Source of the DNA: Geosiphon pyriformis uo1
Taxonomy: Eukaryota > Fungi > Glomeromycota
Direction: 5' to 3'
DNA length: 64,000 nucleotides
Assembly (NCBI GenBank): GCA_016748015.1
Contig: JAAOMT010000057.1
Coordinates: 452,763-516,762 of the forward strand
Shown: positions 13,558 through 27,864 of the stretch, one piece after another
How the letters are laid out: each line of letters begins with the position of its first letter
Position numbering within the stretch: position 1 is the stretch's first letter
The notes under the pieces: generated by a model
Seen by the model: only the letters and a program-made list of their open reading frames with translations
Databases searched by the model: none
What the model was told of the DNA's origin: nothing
Position numbers and translations under genes: made by a program

Positions 13558-16500
13558 TTATAAAGCTCCAAGACCAGTTCGTCTTAATCTGAACACCGTT
13601 TCGATAGGTTGTGTAATACCACCAGACTGTCCTAGGGTGGAACCCTCTTTCCAACTAGAAATTGTAATTGAGATAAATATATGAAAAAAATACAAGTTGC
13701 AAACATCAATTCCCAACAATCGATGTCTGATTTTCTTACCCCATCTTTGACAACATGCGGTGTCCGAGATTATCGGATGCTAAAGGTGCAGCAGATCCTA
13801 GATTAAAATAAGAATTTTGTGAGTTCAACAAACCGTTCATCCTTCCTATCATAACACATTAAAATATGATATATACCTCCAACCACAGATCCATGTTTGA
13901 GACCAGGTCCTCCTACACCAAGTGCTTTGACAAGAGGGCCCTTTCCCTTCTTTTTTACCTTTTCTTTTGGTTCCTTTACTTTTTCTTTTGGTTCCATTAC
14001 TTTTTCTTTTCGCGACAATTCTCTCTTAATCAAATCTTTCAATCGTGACTTTTCCTGACCGTTGAGATTTGTCGCGACCGCAACCATTTGCATTCGTCCC
14101 TGATTAACCAAAATATCGATCTCGGTTGGATCTTTGGGAAGGAAACTATTTGGCGTTTTCTCCAGGATGGTATACCTGAGGCGGACAAAAATATAAATCG
14201 TTAATTCCAGTTATTTTGGACATGCGGGGATTTTTGATTCACCTTGTAATACCAGTCCCAATACTTTGAGATTTCAATTTATATTTTTTGGCTAATATAT
14301 GAATCCAGCGACGAGTGGCTGGGGCGTAAGGTTGCATATGTAGACTAAATTAATGTGACAAGTTAAACAAGTCACTATGATTAAGGATCAATAGAAAAGT
14401 AAGAAATTACGAATTGATCTTCTGATTCGTTATAAAGTTACGAATGGCTTTATTGATTCCTAGAAGCTCCACATATGGTTCATTACGAATTGATTGATCT
14501 CGCTGCCGTTTTTTTTTTGTCTGATTACGATTATAAACTTTTGCTCGTTCGAGTCGACTTTTGAAGTCTATTATCACAAGCAATATTTTGAGCATTAGCT
14601 TTTTCAAAAATGAATTTCAACGAGACCCTACACTTTTAAAAACACACACCTTGTCCTGGGTAGCTAATAAATGTAGGGTTAAATAAGTCGTTTAAATTTT
14701 TACGGTTCCTTTTCTTCTGCTTTCCACGTTTCTCAGTTTGCTTTTTAATCGGAGGTTGGTTAGGAACAATTGCTTCGGGTTCTACTAACATATCTATTTC
14801 ATCTAAATATCTAACATCCCAATAGATATCAGAACCGAGAGGGCGATCAGTTATACGATTTTTAACGGGAACATTTTCCTCCTCGTCACATTCAGAAGAA
14901 TCAATATAAGAATTGGAATCTTCGTCTTCGTCTTCATCGACATCCTCATCAACGTCATCGATATGTTCAAAATCTAATGAATCTCCAAAATTGAGGGAAG
15001 ATGACAAAGTCTTCAGATAATCGGGATCATTGGTAGATGTATTCTGAGTGAAACAGATATTGCTGAGCTTAATCGAGAAAAGAGATTCCAAACTATGTAA
15101 TATTACGAGAACATACTTTCATATAATCAATTAGGGCCTCCATCTCCTCATCCTTGTATTCACTTTCTTCCTCCAAATAATGCCTATGATTGTCCCTTCT
15201 TCCCCTCCGTGAAAGATTTCGGCTTTTGGGATTGCGATCCTTTTGAAATGAAGGAGATTCTGCGGAGTTAGCCACTGTACTGGGAACAACAGGTTCACTC
15301 GGAATAATAGCTATAGGTGTATTATTAAAAACGCTGGATTGAGGTGTAACTCTGATTCCCCGTGGTTTGAAAACAATGATTTCGTCCTCATCACTTGATT
15401 CCAAACCGGCATCTTTTTCCCTTATGAAGCCGGTTATATTGTGGCTGCTCGACTGCATTAAAGCATGGTTGCCAGTTATATCAATAAGATGATTTTCGGA
15501 ATCAAGAGATGCTTCCTGGGTTTTTATTGGAGGTGATCTTGCCAAGAATTCATGGCTTGCGGTCGAACCAATAAAAGTAACAGGCTTTGAAAATGGTCCA
15601 TTTGGGGTCATTTCATTGGAAGACGAGTCTTGTTGCTCGACTTTGATTACTTGAGAAAATGGACGTTCGATATTTGTCTTGAGCGATTCTTTATTCACAT
15701 TGTGATAATCAAGGCTCCCCCAAATTTCATTCTGAACTGTTAAAGAGAGCGTGGTTGTGGGAGGGGTAGTTTTGTTTTGCTTGCTCGTTGATGCATTTGT
15801 GGCATTATCATGCGCCAGTGGAGTAGTCTGGAGAGTTTTTGGTGGATGACAATCTTCTTCAATCCATTCAAAAGCTTGCATTAAGATTTCATCTTCTGAT
15901 GCGCTTTCTAGTATATTAGAAATTATGAAGCGAAATCATTCTTTGGAATAGGAATGAATAATTTTCATCCATAATCCGCTTCGCATACTTTTATTCCAAC
16001 AAGTGAAAAATATCCTCGAGGATATTTCAATTAACTTTTGATTATCGCAAAAACAAAGGCTCAATTGAACAATGATTACTTACCGGTCGGATTACTGATA
16101 GCTTGATTAACTGGTGATAATTCACCAAGCTCATTTGGATTATGTAGATGTGCAAGCGCGCGAGGCTTATTGAAGATAATAGGACGCCGATATTTACTGT
16201 TTCCATCAGCATATCTTCTCTTCCACGAGGAATTAGGCTCATTGTAAGCCATCTCTTTTGTTTCTTTTTTCGAGTGACTAGCAAGGGAAGGCTTGCTTTC
16301 CTTCTTCTTACGAATCAGGTTGACTTTAGTTTGGTTTCCAGTAAGTGGATCATAGGCCTGTCTGATCACAGTATGAAAAGACTGATCAAGAGTCCCCGCG
16401 TGAGAACCAACGGATTCTTCTTTAAATTGCAAAACACTTCAGTTATGACCAGATCCTGAATTTTATGAAAAACCTTGTTCTTTGACCTGCCAAAATTCAA

Positions 16501-16642
16501 ACTAAAAAGTTCAAAACACTGTGTAAAGAGACGGCTAACCTTGAGAATCGTAGTCAAAAAAGTATCCCTTAGAACGAGTTTTGAATTTTTTACCAGAAAG
16601 ACGAACTTTTCCTCGACCACTTTTACTAAATCTTTTTGGCAT
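13558..16642 (-). CDS. SQS1: Sqs1/Pfa1-like R3H + G-patch protein; exons 16642-16540, (start uncertain, ~16420 or ~16323)-16084, 15907-15117, 15043-14650, 14567-14411, 14344-14243, 14175-13877, 13797-13740, 13654-13558
   Basis: R3H-like PATRRWIHILAKKYKLKSQSIGTG, a C-terminal G-patch NLGHRMLSKMGWKEGSTLG..GITQPI..RTGLG and acidic disordered tracts. The first acceptor is not resolved. Confidence 0.78.
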
Positions 16643-17163
16643 TTTAATAGTCCTGATATTAGGTTCTCTGAAACTATAGTCGGATAATAAATGAGATCAG
16701 AGTTCGATCATTTACTTAATTACTTAATGTGTACGTTATTGCGTATTTTTTTTTGGAAAACAGTTAAGAAATCCTTTTTGTGTTTAAATTTAAACTTTTA
16801 AAATAATCTTATAACTTTTAACATATAATAATTGCAAACATACAAGCAATATTTTAAAAATCACAATATAATTTTAAAAATTATTAAAATATTACCAAAT
16901 AACAAGTTACATTAAAAATTTTGTTTTACTAATTTGTTTTCATTTCTATATTTTTCATGAGAAATGTTAAACTGATTGTTGATCCATAAATCTCACATTC
17001 AAGGATCGGCATCAAGTTGTGTTCTATATTATATTATCGTATAGGTCGCACATTTTTTGCTGATCAGACAACCTTTACTGGCAGCCCGAAAGACTGAAAA
17101 TTAAAAACTTTGGTTTCTAATAAATTTAGCCATAAGCAGAGAGGCATCTTTTCTAAGCTTATA

Positions 17164-18264
17164 ATGGAACCCTCCGCGTCAACAAGTACTGAGTTTCCCG
17201 AAACGACTTCAGAGTTGTGGACCCAGAAAACAGCTTTTGAAAGAGTAAGTCATAGCCTTTGACCTAAACATTGTTTCGACACCTTTTTGAAGATTCGCTG
17301 CTGGCGACTTTTTTCCAAATGTCATCAGTTAATCAACGAAAATCCAATTTTTTGAATGACTCCTTTAAACAACAAATCGTTTACAAACATCGCTCTAGCC
17401 TAAATATAATGCAATCCTTTTCCGTTTGGCTTACTCGAAAGGCAAAATCGTGTCCCGAGGAGAAATGTTTCAGTTTTTGCCTTTTTCGTTACAAATAACG
17501 AATACTGACGTGTTTCATTTTTTTCAACCTAAAGAAATATCAAAAATTCCTTGATGAATTAACTCCTCATACTGCCTATAGATGGGTCGGAACAGTTGCT
17601 CTTGTATTATTATATATGTTACGGATTTTCAAAATCCAAAAATTTTACATAGTAACTTATGTGAGTATGTCAGATAAGAAATTATATCGACCAAATGTGT
17701 CAGGGAATTAACGCAAATACATATTTTACACCTTTTTAGGCGCTTGGTATCTATCTCCTTAACTTATTTCTCGCTTTTCTTCAGCCCAAATTCGATCCTT
17801 CGCTCGAGTTAGATCTTGCAGAAAGCGAAATTGAAGAGGGCCCCGCACTTCCAACAAAAGCAGACGAAGAATTTCGGCCTTTTATTCGGCGATTACCGGA
17901 ATTTAAATTTTGGTAAAACTCTCTTATAAAGCACAAAATTTTCCTTTATATACTTTCTTTTATTGATTGTGGGGATTTTTTTTACCAGGCATTCTTCTAC
18001 CAAGGCCATAGTGATTTCTCTAGTATGCACATGTCTTCCTTTCTTAGATATCCCTGTATTTTGGCCGATACTCCTTATCTATTTTTGCATTTTATTTTCA
18101 ATTACAATGAAGAGACAAATCAAACACATGATAAAGTACAAGTAAGTCATTAAGATCCTATGCTATTTTCAGCTTATTGATTAAAGTTAAGCATTTGCTA
18201 AACCAGGGCATTTTTCTGTAGATATATACCGTTTGACATTGGTAAAAGATCTTACAAAAAGTAA
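17164..18264 (+). CDS. RER1: Golgi-to-ER retrieval receptor Rer1, ~191 aa; exons 17164-17244, 17535-17660, 17740-17912, 17989-18141, 18222-18264
   Basis: Motifs [47 protein letters not shown] and [17 protein letters not shown]; all introns GT-AG. Confidence 0.96.
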
Positions 18265-18902
18265 TTATATGTTTGCGGACATGTGGCAGTTTTGAAATCC
18301 AAAGTAAGAGCTACCATCTCACTTTTCTTGCCTTTTAATCTTTATTTTACAATCAACATTAGATTCGTTTCTACTAAAACCCAAGCAACGTAATGAAGCC
18401 CTCTATTCCACTATTTTATTATAATATACTATTTTAATTGGATTCTAAAGTAAAATAGACGAATTAAAAACTTGATAATCTTGTTAGTTATATTCCCAAG
18501 TGATATAAAATCGGCTATGTTTTTAGCCCTTCTTAATAAAGGTGACATACCATGATTACTTACGAACTTTATGATATAAACGTGGCTTTTAATTGTGAGG
18601 CTTTTCAGTAATAAATTATTGTACATTGAATAAATTCATGCTTCTTTTGTTCTTAATTTATGTCAGCATTTTCAGGCTTATTAGAAGCCATCTATGATAT
18701 ATTCAACGTTTAATCACTAACGCTATGAGACATAGACTAAAAAACTTTTTTACAGATAACTCAAGTTAAACTACATGAAATATGAGAACACTAAATAATT
18801 TCGTAATTCAAGAAACAAAAGAAACTGGTAGACTAAATCATATGATCAAGTGTATTCCACGCCACCCGGATTAAAAAATTCTCAATGTTTCACTTACAAA
18901 GT

Positions 18903-21900
18903 TTAACGCTTCCATGAGCGTTCACGTTCTTCATCTTCTTCATCTTCATCAAAAGTAACTTCTGATTTTATTGGTTCTGTTGTTGTTTGTGCTGTTGTTG
19001 TGGCGTCAAGTGATTCGGAGGCATCATTCTCAATGGTTGTATTTTTAGGCTCTGAAGGAACAACAGGTCCTGAGGTGGGTTCAGTATGCCAATTGATAGA
19101 CACCGCGCCAATTTCTGGAATGTTGCGCCCTTTGCTCAGAGCCTATGAAATAATTTTATAATAAAATAAAATGGTTGATTCATAAATTAAAACATGTCTT
19201 TTTACTAACCTGTTCAGCCTCGTGCCTGTTCTTGAATTGAACTATTGCAGATTTTATTTCCTCGTTTATTGTCAATGATTCGACTTCCCCAAATTGCTGA
19301 TAAGTGTAGACAGTAGAAGCAGTAGCATAAGTACATTTGTTTTATCTATTTTTTCTGTTTTCTCAAATGTTTTTGATATTTTTTTCAGCATTCAGGCATG
19401 GAACAGCCGCTTTGTTATTTTTATATGTGAGGCTTTTTTTCATTTTTAATTGATCATGGTGGTTTTTTTTTCATTTTTATAAGATATAATATATCTTTTC
19501 AACCAACCTCAAAATAGCTACGAAGAGTATCTTGAGATCCTCTTGGAACTTCTTTGAGTATAAGTTTTGTAGGACGGTTATCCAGTTTATAGGAGCGCAG
19601 GACTCCACCACCACGAACTCGAGGCCAAATCGTACGAGCTCTGCCACGAAATCCAAAAATCCCTCGTCCACGGACTTTGGATGATGAAGCGTCATTTAAA
19701 CTGTTTGTGGTAGATGTCAGATCGCCCTGGATTTGTGATGAAGTAAGTAAAAAAGAATGAAGACTGTCAACAAATATTTAATCGATTCTGAAAAGTCTAA
19801 GAATAATACCTCGGGTTTTCCTGCATCAGGTTTAACTTGAGAGTTTTCGCCTATGGTAAGTTGTCCAAGGGCAGTCTCTGGAGGGACACCACCAGACTCA
19901 TTCAATTTACTCAATGCATCAAGCTCCCGATCCAAACGTTCTCGTTCTTTTTCTTCTAATAAATTTTTAGAAAAAGCTCCACCCGTCAAAATCGGAGCTG
20001 CTCCCCCAAGCATGGGTTTGAGAACAGAAATGCTGGTATCCTTTTTGATGTCTTCAGAGATTCTGCTCAAGCTGCTTAAAAGCTCCTCCCGCCCTTTAGG
20101 GTCACCGGTCTTCTTCTTGGCTAATTCCATGAATTTCTTTTGTTCCTCGATTTGTCGCTGAATCAGCTGTTCCCTTTGTTTTTGAATTTCAAGAATAGCT
20201 TTGAGATTCTCCTTTTGTTTTTTCACTTTTTCATCTATCTCTTTTTGCTTTTTTTCTTCCGCTTCTTTCTGCTTTTCAGCGATGGAAGCTTGTATTTCGA
20301 CCGAATGTATTGTCGATACAGAATCTAGTTTGATTGAAGGAATAACGGGTTGTTTTGATGGTGACGTGCTTGAATTTTGTTGTTGTTCTTCCTTTTCCAC
20401 TTTATGCCAATAAACCTTGACGAATCGATTGTCAAAGATTGGTTCTGGAGAATTGTAAGCCTTTGAAGCTTCCTGACTGGTGCTAAATTGGATGATAGCT
20501 TTTTGGAAAGGAGGATCGACATTGATATTGGTTATAATACCAAATTTTTTGAAAAATTCATTGACCTTGTCAATTGTACAGAATTCAGCAGGAATGTTTT
20601 CAACTACTAATGTCGAATTTTTGCTGATTTGCCCAATTACACTAGATCTACTGAAATTTCCGCGGGCTCCACGACCACGAGTACGGCCCCTAGATGAATT
20701 AGAGCCACGATTTGATGGCTGTCCATTTGAATCGATAAAAGGTGGCGCATTTGGGTTTAGCGCGGGTATAATGACAGAATTTGGCCTGTTTTCAGGAATT
20801 TGGGAGGTTTCATTGTCCTTATTTTCTGTTATGGCCGATTGATTCAGCTCTTCAGGCCTCGATAAAGCAGCGCGTTCAGGGTCATAAGCATCTGCTGTTG
20901 GTGTTATGGAGCGCGATGTTTGTTGTGTAGCTATTCATCGAGGCAATTAATTGATCAATAACCAAATAAAATATTAACTTTGAAAAAGTGAATTGGAATA
21001 ATTAATAAAATATATCAGGTAACTTACGAAATGGGGGTTCGATATCAAATTGGTTGTGTGTGCCTGTAGTCCCCATAAAGAAAGGGGGTCTTCCAGGAAC
21101 ACCTGGACCCATCATACCCACATTGCCTGCCATAGGAGCACCTCCAATTGGAGGTATTATATCAAATGGGCGATTTAACGGAACATCATCAACGACAATT
21201 CTGTCAACACCGTGATCGAAAGGGCATAGATCACCACGCATACAATATCCCTTTTCTAAGAGGAAAAGGAAATGTATATATATTTTTATTATTATTATTA
21301 TTGAAATTTATAAAGACGAAAACACGAGAAAAAAATAACTACCATCGTAATCGCGACATCTAGATTGCCTTCCAGGTCTTATATCAGGGAAACCTCCACG
21401 ACCTAGAACCAGTGGACCATTTCGACCTCCACCTCGATCATTCACTCGTCCACCGCGAACTTTTCTATCTTCGAAACGATCACCAACTGGCAAATTCATA
21501 CCATTTGAACCCCATTCATTTCCCCATCTTCCTGATCCGATATTTGGAGCCGAAGAATTTGGTGTTACTGGCGCAAAATTTCTGCTATGTAATCTACTGT
21601 TTCTGTCATAATCTACTCGGCGAGCGCCAACATTATAACCTATCCCATTAAGGGCATAACCGTTTCCAGCAACACCTATATTTTGATTAGGTCCTAACAT
21701 ATTATTTCGTGGTATCTTATTAGAGCGAAATTCCTCATCAGATTCATCCCGACGCCTTTTTGAGGAACGATCATCTTGAAAAGCGTTATTGTACTGAGGG
21801 CCTGCAGCGGGACCTGTAGGTATCCCGTCACTACGCATTCTTTTATTTTTTGTTTCTCGATCGTCATCGCGGTTCGAAAAATTGGATTGTCGTTCAGCCT

Positions 21901-22622
21901 GACGTCGATAATCCTCTCGATTGTCACCCTCACGCTCACGATGTTTAAAATTACGATCATCATCTTCATCAGAACCTTCGCTTTCGGCTCTTTTTCTTAT
22001 TCCTGATTTGGGTAAGGATAAGTATTCATTTTTATCAGGTTGATTTATTGAGCTTTTGGTTGGCTTAGTCTCAGCCTGTGTCGAATTTGAAGCCTGAACC
22101 TTCGAAGTGGGTTCAGGAATATTTTCACTTTGGTCGTTTGGAGGTGTCACAGATATTTTCCCTAAATATTCTTTCGTATTTAAAGCGTTGAAAAGTTTGC
22201 CAACAAAGGGCTCCGTTTCTTTAAATCCAAGTATCGCAAATGTAATAGGAGATCATCGATACAGTTATGCCAAATTTTGAAGAAGCTTCAGTTAGTTATT
22301 AAAGTTTTATAAGAAAATCTATTGGGAATAACATGGATGAAAAATACCTTCTTTTAAAAAGTCATCAAGTTGACTAACACATAATTGTCTCAAATCCTGA
22401 CTAGATTTATCGTGTTTTAACAAGGCGATCACATAATCTGCGAGCACACCTGGGTCAGCGTCACATCTATGAAGAAATTTTAAGGATAAAAATCAGTATT
22501 TGAAGCTTAAAATTTCTAGAGCTATTAAGTACGCGACTAATAGTTTGCAAGTTTTACATTGGCTCTAGTTGTTGAGTAAGATATTCTTTTAAAGCTTTAG
22601 AGGAAGGATCGTCAAGAAGCAT
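18903..22622 (-). CDS. RBM26/RBM27 (Rmn1)-like PWI + CCCH + RRM protein; exons 22622-22558, 22466-22348, 22218-21343, 21255-21028, 20930-19810, 19726-19508, 19296-19210, 19142-18903
   Basis: PWI start LEPICDADPGVLADYVIALLKHDK, CCCH CRDYDEKGYCMRGDLCPFDHG, RRM TLVVENIP..FKKFG..AYNSPEPIFDNRFVKVYWH, a second RRM, and C-terminal ERERSWKR. Confidence 0.9.
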
Positions 22623-24980
22623 GTTGCGCAAAAAAACTGTCAGGTCAAAGTTCAAACCTCCTTTGTGAGAAATACTTGGGTAAATATTGTAGAAAAGCGA
22701 ATGAGCGTACTAAGCATGGATACCTAAAGGTTCTTTGACAGATGGATAGACGAAAAAATAATAATAGCTAGTAAAAGCTGAAATATCATTTTCAGGCCGG
22801 CCCCCCAGTCACTAATTTATGTTTTCTTTGAATCAGGAGTGGCGCAGTTAACTCGTTGGGCATATGAATGACGTAGACTATAATAATCACTCTAAATGAG
22901 GTCTGATATTTAATTCTTTGGGTTTTGGAAACAACGAAAAATTTAACAATATATATTGAATAAAAAAAATTTTTTCTTAAGAACATTTATGAAAAAAAAA
23001 CAATACAGATTTATCATATTTAAGAGTTAATCTAACAATAAACTTGTTAATATTTAAATTATTATCCAACTTTATTTAATTTTGATATATTCTAAATCAT
23101 GATAAAAACCATGTTTATTAATATACAATTTTAAAGAGATTATTTCAAATTAAAAAGTAATAATTGTTTAATTTTAAAGAATAAAATATATTTTAAAATT
23201 GTATTTATATAAAATTATTAATTATTTTAAAATAATATATTATGAATTTTTTATATTAATTCAATTTATATAATAAAAATTTATATTTTTATATATATAT
23301 TTAATTAAAAATTAAATTAGTAATAAGTATTTAAAAAAAATATATATATTTACATGATATATAAATTAAAAACTAAATATTTTTCTATTTTTAATTTTTT
23401 TTTCTATTTTTTTATTTTAATATAATATTAATATAAAAAAATAAAAATTTTTATATTATTAATATAATTTATTAATTATTTTACAAAAAAATTATAATTA
23501 TTAAAAATTTATAAATTAAACAAATAATTTTTTTTAACATAATTAATAAATTATAATAATAATAATAATAATAATAATTTGTAAATAATCAATTAAATTT
23601 GGATTTTTAAAATTAATAAACAAATTAATAAATAATAGTTAAAATAAAGTTGTAAACACAAATTAATATATAAATTAATATATATTTATTATTAAAATTT
23701 AAAAAAATTATATTTTAATGTTTTGTAAAATAAGCATATTTTAAGATATTTAATAATAAAAAAATTAATATTTGCATAAAAATTAAATTGAATTATATGT
23801 TTAAAAAAAAAATATATTTTTTAATAGTTTCTTTAAATTTTATGTTATAAAGTTATTTGAAATGGTTTAAAAAACAAAATTTATAATTTAAACAGAAATA
23901 AATATTGAAAGAATAATAATTTTTTCTTTTTCAACTAAAATTCTTTATTTTTTAAGTATAACTTAATATTAAATAATGAATCTAAAAAAAAAGTAAACTA
24001 GTCTAAAAATTGCAAATTAATAAAATTGGATTGGTAACAAAAATGATCAAATTAAATTCTTTGGTTCATTATATGAAAATTTTTTTATTTAAATATTTAT
24101 GAATAGATTGATTTTTTGAAGTGAGGGGAATTTAATCCCAGATGATTGACTAGAGTTCAATTAATTTCTTTTTATATATTGAAAATTAAATGATTACAAA
24201 TGAAATGTTCCATTTCGGGTTTATTTCATTTTGGAAATTTAAAAAAAAAAAAAAAATTTCCGTAAAACAGAAAAAAAAAAAAAAAGATCCTCAAACCGTT
24301 AATCAAAATAATGCAGATGATTTAACAAATGGAAATTAAATAATGATTATACATTCAGGATAAATAAAACAAAAGCCTTGTTTAGGTGATGCGAAAAAAA
24401 AAATCAATTATTTGTTGTTTTTATTATTATTTCTGTCTATATTTTCTCTTGGTTATTATCTCTCTTGGGTATTTCAATGATTTTTCAAATAAGTTTTCCA
24501 AACAAAATGATCAAAGAATGGTTTTCATTGGCTGAATTTATCATCATGTGTTTCGAAATGTGAATTATTGAAAATTCTATAATAAAACACAATTTCGAAT
24601 TTCACCATTAAACAATATATGTCTTCAAAGTCATCTAAATCAAAGCTTTTAACATCAAAGCGATCAACATATGGACACTTTGTTCAGAAAGCATTAGGGA
24701 GGTATAGATTATTAAAATCTTGCACTATTTTTAAAATCTGAACTCAAAATTCAAATATTTAAGAGGTTGCCGAAAAATATTTACGATTCTTGTAAATGAA
24801 GTGAGCCGATCTTATGACATATGAAACTTATAAAACAAGATTGTGCTTTGATGAATAAATTCCAATATTTGGTTTTCAAAAAGATTTAATAATTATTATA
24901 AACACACATGCACACACACATTTAACCTTTTATTATACAATATTATTTATGTGAAATATGAGTAAATTAAAAAATTATTA

Positions 24981-25015
<35 letters not shown>

Positions 25016-25483
25016 TATTTTGTATGATTACCATATTTTTCAAATTTTGATAATGTACCTTTTTTAAAAATTTTAATTATTAATAAAAAGTTATTTATAT
25101 CTTTTGACTCATTAATATTTTTGATTTAATTAAAAATATTAGAATTACGTTTAATTAATTAATTAATTATTTATTTATTTATTTTATATTATCTATTAAT
25201 ATTAAAAATTTTATTTACCTATATTGTTTTATTTTAGATTTATAAAAATTTATTAATTATTATTTTATAATTTTGTTTTGTTTTGTTTGATTTACATATT
25301 TTTATTTATTAAAAATCAAATTTAACAAATATATTTTAAAATTTTATTTTAGATTTAAATTTAAACTATTTTTTAATAATAATTTCATGTTTTATTTTAT
25401 TATTTTATTTTATTTTATTTTATTTTATTTTATTTTTCCTTTTATTTTATTTTATTTTCTTAAAAAATTTGACTGAGATTTAC

Positions 25484-25542
<59 letters not shown>

Positions 25543-25962
25543 GAAATTTAATTTTAATTAACTAAACCGATTTTTTTTTGTTAAATAAGGTTAAATATAA
25601 TTATTTATTTGTTATTTGTTATTTTTAAATTAATGAGCTATTAATTTAACGATAACTTTATTGTTTGTTTTATAATTGAAAGTAAAAATTTTCCAATTAA
25701 AAAAGTAAATTAACTCGCTTTATTAATTATTGTGAACAAATAAAACCTCAAAAAAATTCAATCACGTGAATAAAAAAGATCGTAAAGTCATAGTTTTCGT
25801 GTCGATCAATCATAATATTATATCAATCGAAAAATTTTACACTACAGCAAATTATCCGTATGGGCAGGATGCCTGAAATAAAATCGACCAATCCTTGACT
25901 CGACCAACCAACGCCATCTCAGACCCCTTTTTATCTTTTGTTTGAATGATAAAGTAATAGGT

Positions 25963-26026
25963 GTAGTAGCAGTGGTAGTAGTAGTTGTAGTTGTAGTAGA
26001 AGTAGTAGTAGTAGTAGTAGTAGTAA

Positions 26027-26082
<56 letters not shown>

Positions 26083-26083
26083 A
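25963..26083. repeat. (GTA)n microsatellite
   Basis: Read directly; it explains the poly-Val and poly-Leu ORFs. Confidence 0.95.
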
Positions 26084-26353
26084 TATTAAAACACTATTAT
26101 TTGTGGATTGATACAAAATTAGAAAAAAACAAAAAGGATGGCTGTACATACTATAACACGTAATAAAGAAGAAAATGCGACGGAATGATATAAAGAGGTA
26201 TAAATTAATAAAGACACATATAAACAAGTAAGGCCTGGATGAAGTGACCGGGACAGCCCTGAATATATTTATATACTGAAAAGGCTATTTTTTTATGTAT
26301 GACGTGAGACAATATTGACTTTTTGGGTGATGATAATAATAATTTTCTAATGA

Positions 26354-27864
26354 TTAAGCCCAAACCTACAAAAAAATAAAATGAAAAAAATTTTAGAAGG
26401 CGAAATATGATAATTCAAAGAAAAATAGAATATATCCAAAGGTAAATAAAATATCCAAAGATATATATTTTCTACAAATGAAAATAAGGCAAACCACAAA
26501 AGTAATGAAATTATTTCTTCTTTACCTTCAATAATGAGTCCCAACTTCCCGTGCACAATGCCATTCCATCACTGGACACACCCAGACAACTGACACGATT
26601 TGCATGTGCCGCCAAAACACCTACACGCTCACCCTTTAGAGTATCCCATACATTACAATTAAAGTCATCATATCCAGCAAATAGGAGACGTCCAGAAATG
26701 GAAAAGGCAACCGAGGTAATTCCACAAAGAATATTGTCATGTGTATACTGATTAAGTTCTCTGTCAGCTCTGAGGTCAAATAATCTACAAGAAGCATCAT
26801 CTGAACCAGTACCGAAAGCATCACCGTTTGGGAAGAATCTTTTTGAATTAAAACAAAATTTCCCCAATAGATGAAATATACTTGCAAATAAGAAAATTCA
26901 ACTTGATAATTAGAAAAAATTCAACTTACTGTACAGCATTGATATCTGACTCATGACCTGTAAATGTTTGTACACATCGTCCACTTCGAATATCCCAGAC
27001 TTTAGCGGTAGCATCACATGCTCCAGAAACAAATATTTGTTGATTCGGTGCGAGAGATAAACTAGCATCGGATCAACACCGAAATTCCCATGAAAATTTT
27101 TAGGAAATGTCAGTTATAAAATTTCTAAATTATGAGAGGTATCATTTTTAAAACATTGAAATAATAATTACCTCATTACATCACCGGTATGGTCAGTGAA
27201 TTCCAAAAGTTTTACTCCCGCATCAATATCCCAAAGCATGCAAGTCATATCGCCGGACGATGTTAGAATTTGCTTATCGTTCAAAAACCGACAGCAGGAA
27301 AGATAACCAGTATGAGCTCCCAATTCCCGTGCTACTTTAACAGAACCTTCTTTTGTTTTCAAATTATAAATCGAACAAATATTATCTAGACCACCACAGG
27401 CGACAAAATGTCCAGATGGTGCATACGCACAAGTCATGACCCATGAAGATCGAAGCGGAATCGCGTGCACTTTATTCGTTGTGGGTGCGTCCCATACGAT
27501 AAGTTTTCCATCTTGTGAGGCGGAAACAAGGTGACGTTTATCCGACGCCCAATGCATGGCATAAATTTTAGCCAAGTGACCTTTCAGGGTACGACGAACT
27601 TTCATCACGATTCTGGGTAGCTGTTCAATCTCGCTTGCCATAGATCTTACTATAAAATGTCAAGTAATTTGGATGAGGTATTTTTACAGAAGGAAGAAGA
27701 AAGAAGAAGATGAAGAAGAAGAAGAAGTTTCTTCCTAGTAAAGGGAAACTTTAAGGATACATACGGGAAGTATCTGCCAACTCATCTCTCTTCATCTTAA
27801 TTTTTTCCTTTAATGTCTCGGCCTCTTTACGAGCGGCTGCTATTCTGTCTGAGATGTCAGTCAT
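26354..27864 (-). CDS. GPB1: Heterotrimeric G-protein beta subunit (WD40), ~344 aa; exons 27864-27765, 27649-27172, 27061-26930, 26838-26526, 26365-26354
   Basis: Motifs [53 protein letters not shown] and TGSWDSLLK|VWA*; all introns GT-AG. Confidence 0.97.

Noticed and set aside
19853-22006. Plus-strand ORFs overlapping the RBM26-like gene
   Set aside because: Antisense shadows of a well-supported minus-strand gene.
27753-27760. U12-type donor GTATCCTT (minus strand) in G-beta intron 1
   Set aside because: It lies 4 nt inside the intron. Only the upstream GTATGT donor keeps the frame (DTSLRSMA).
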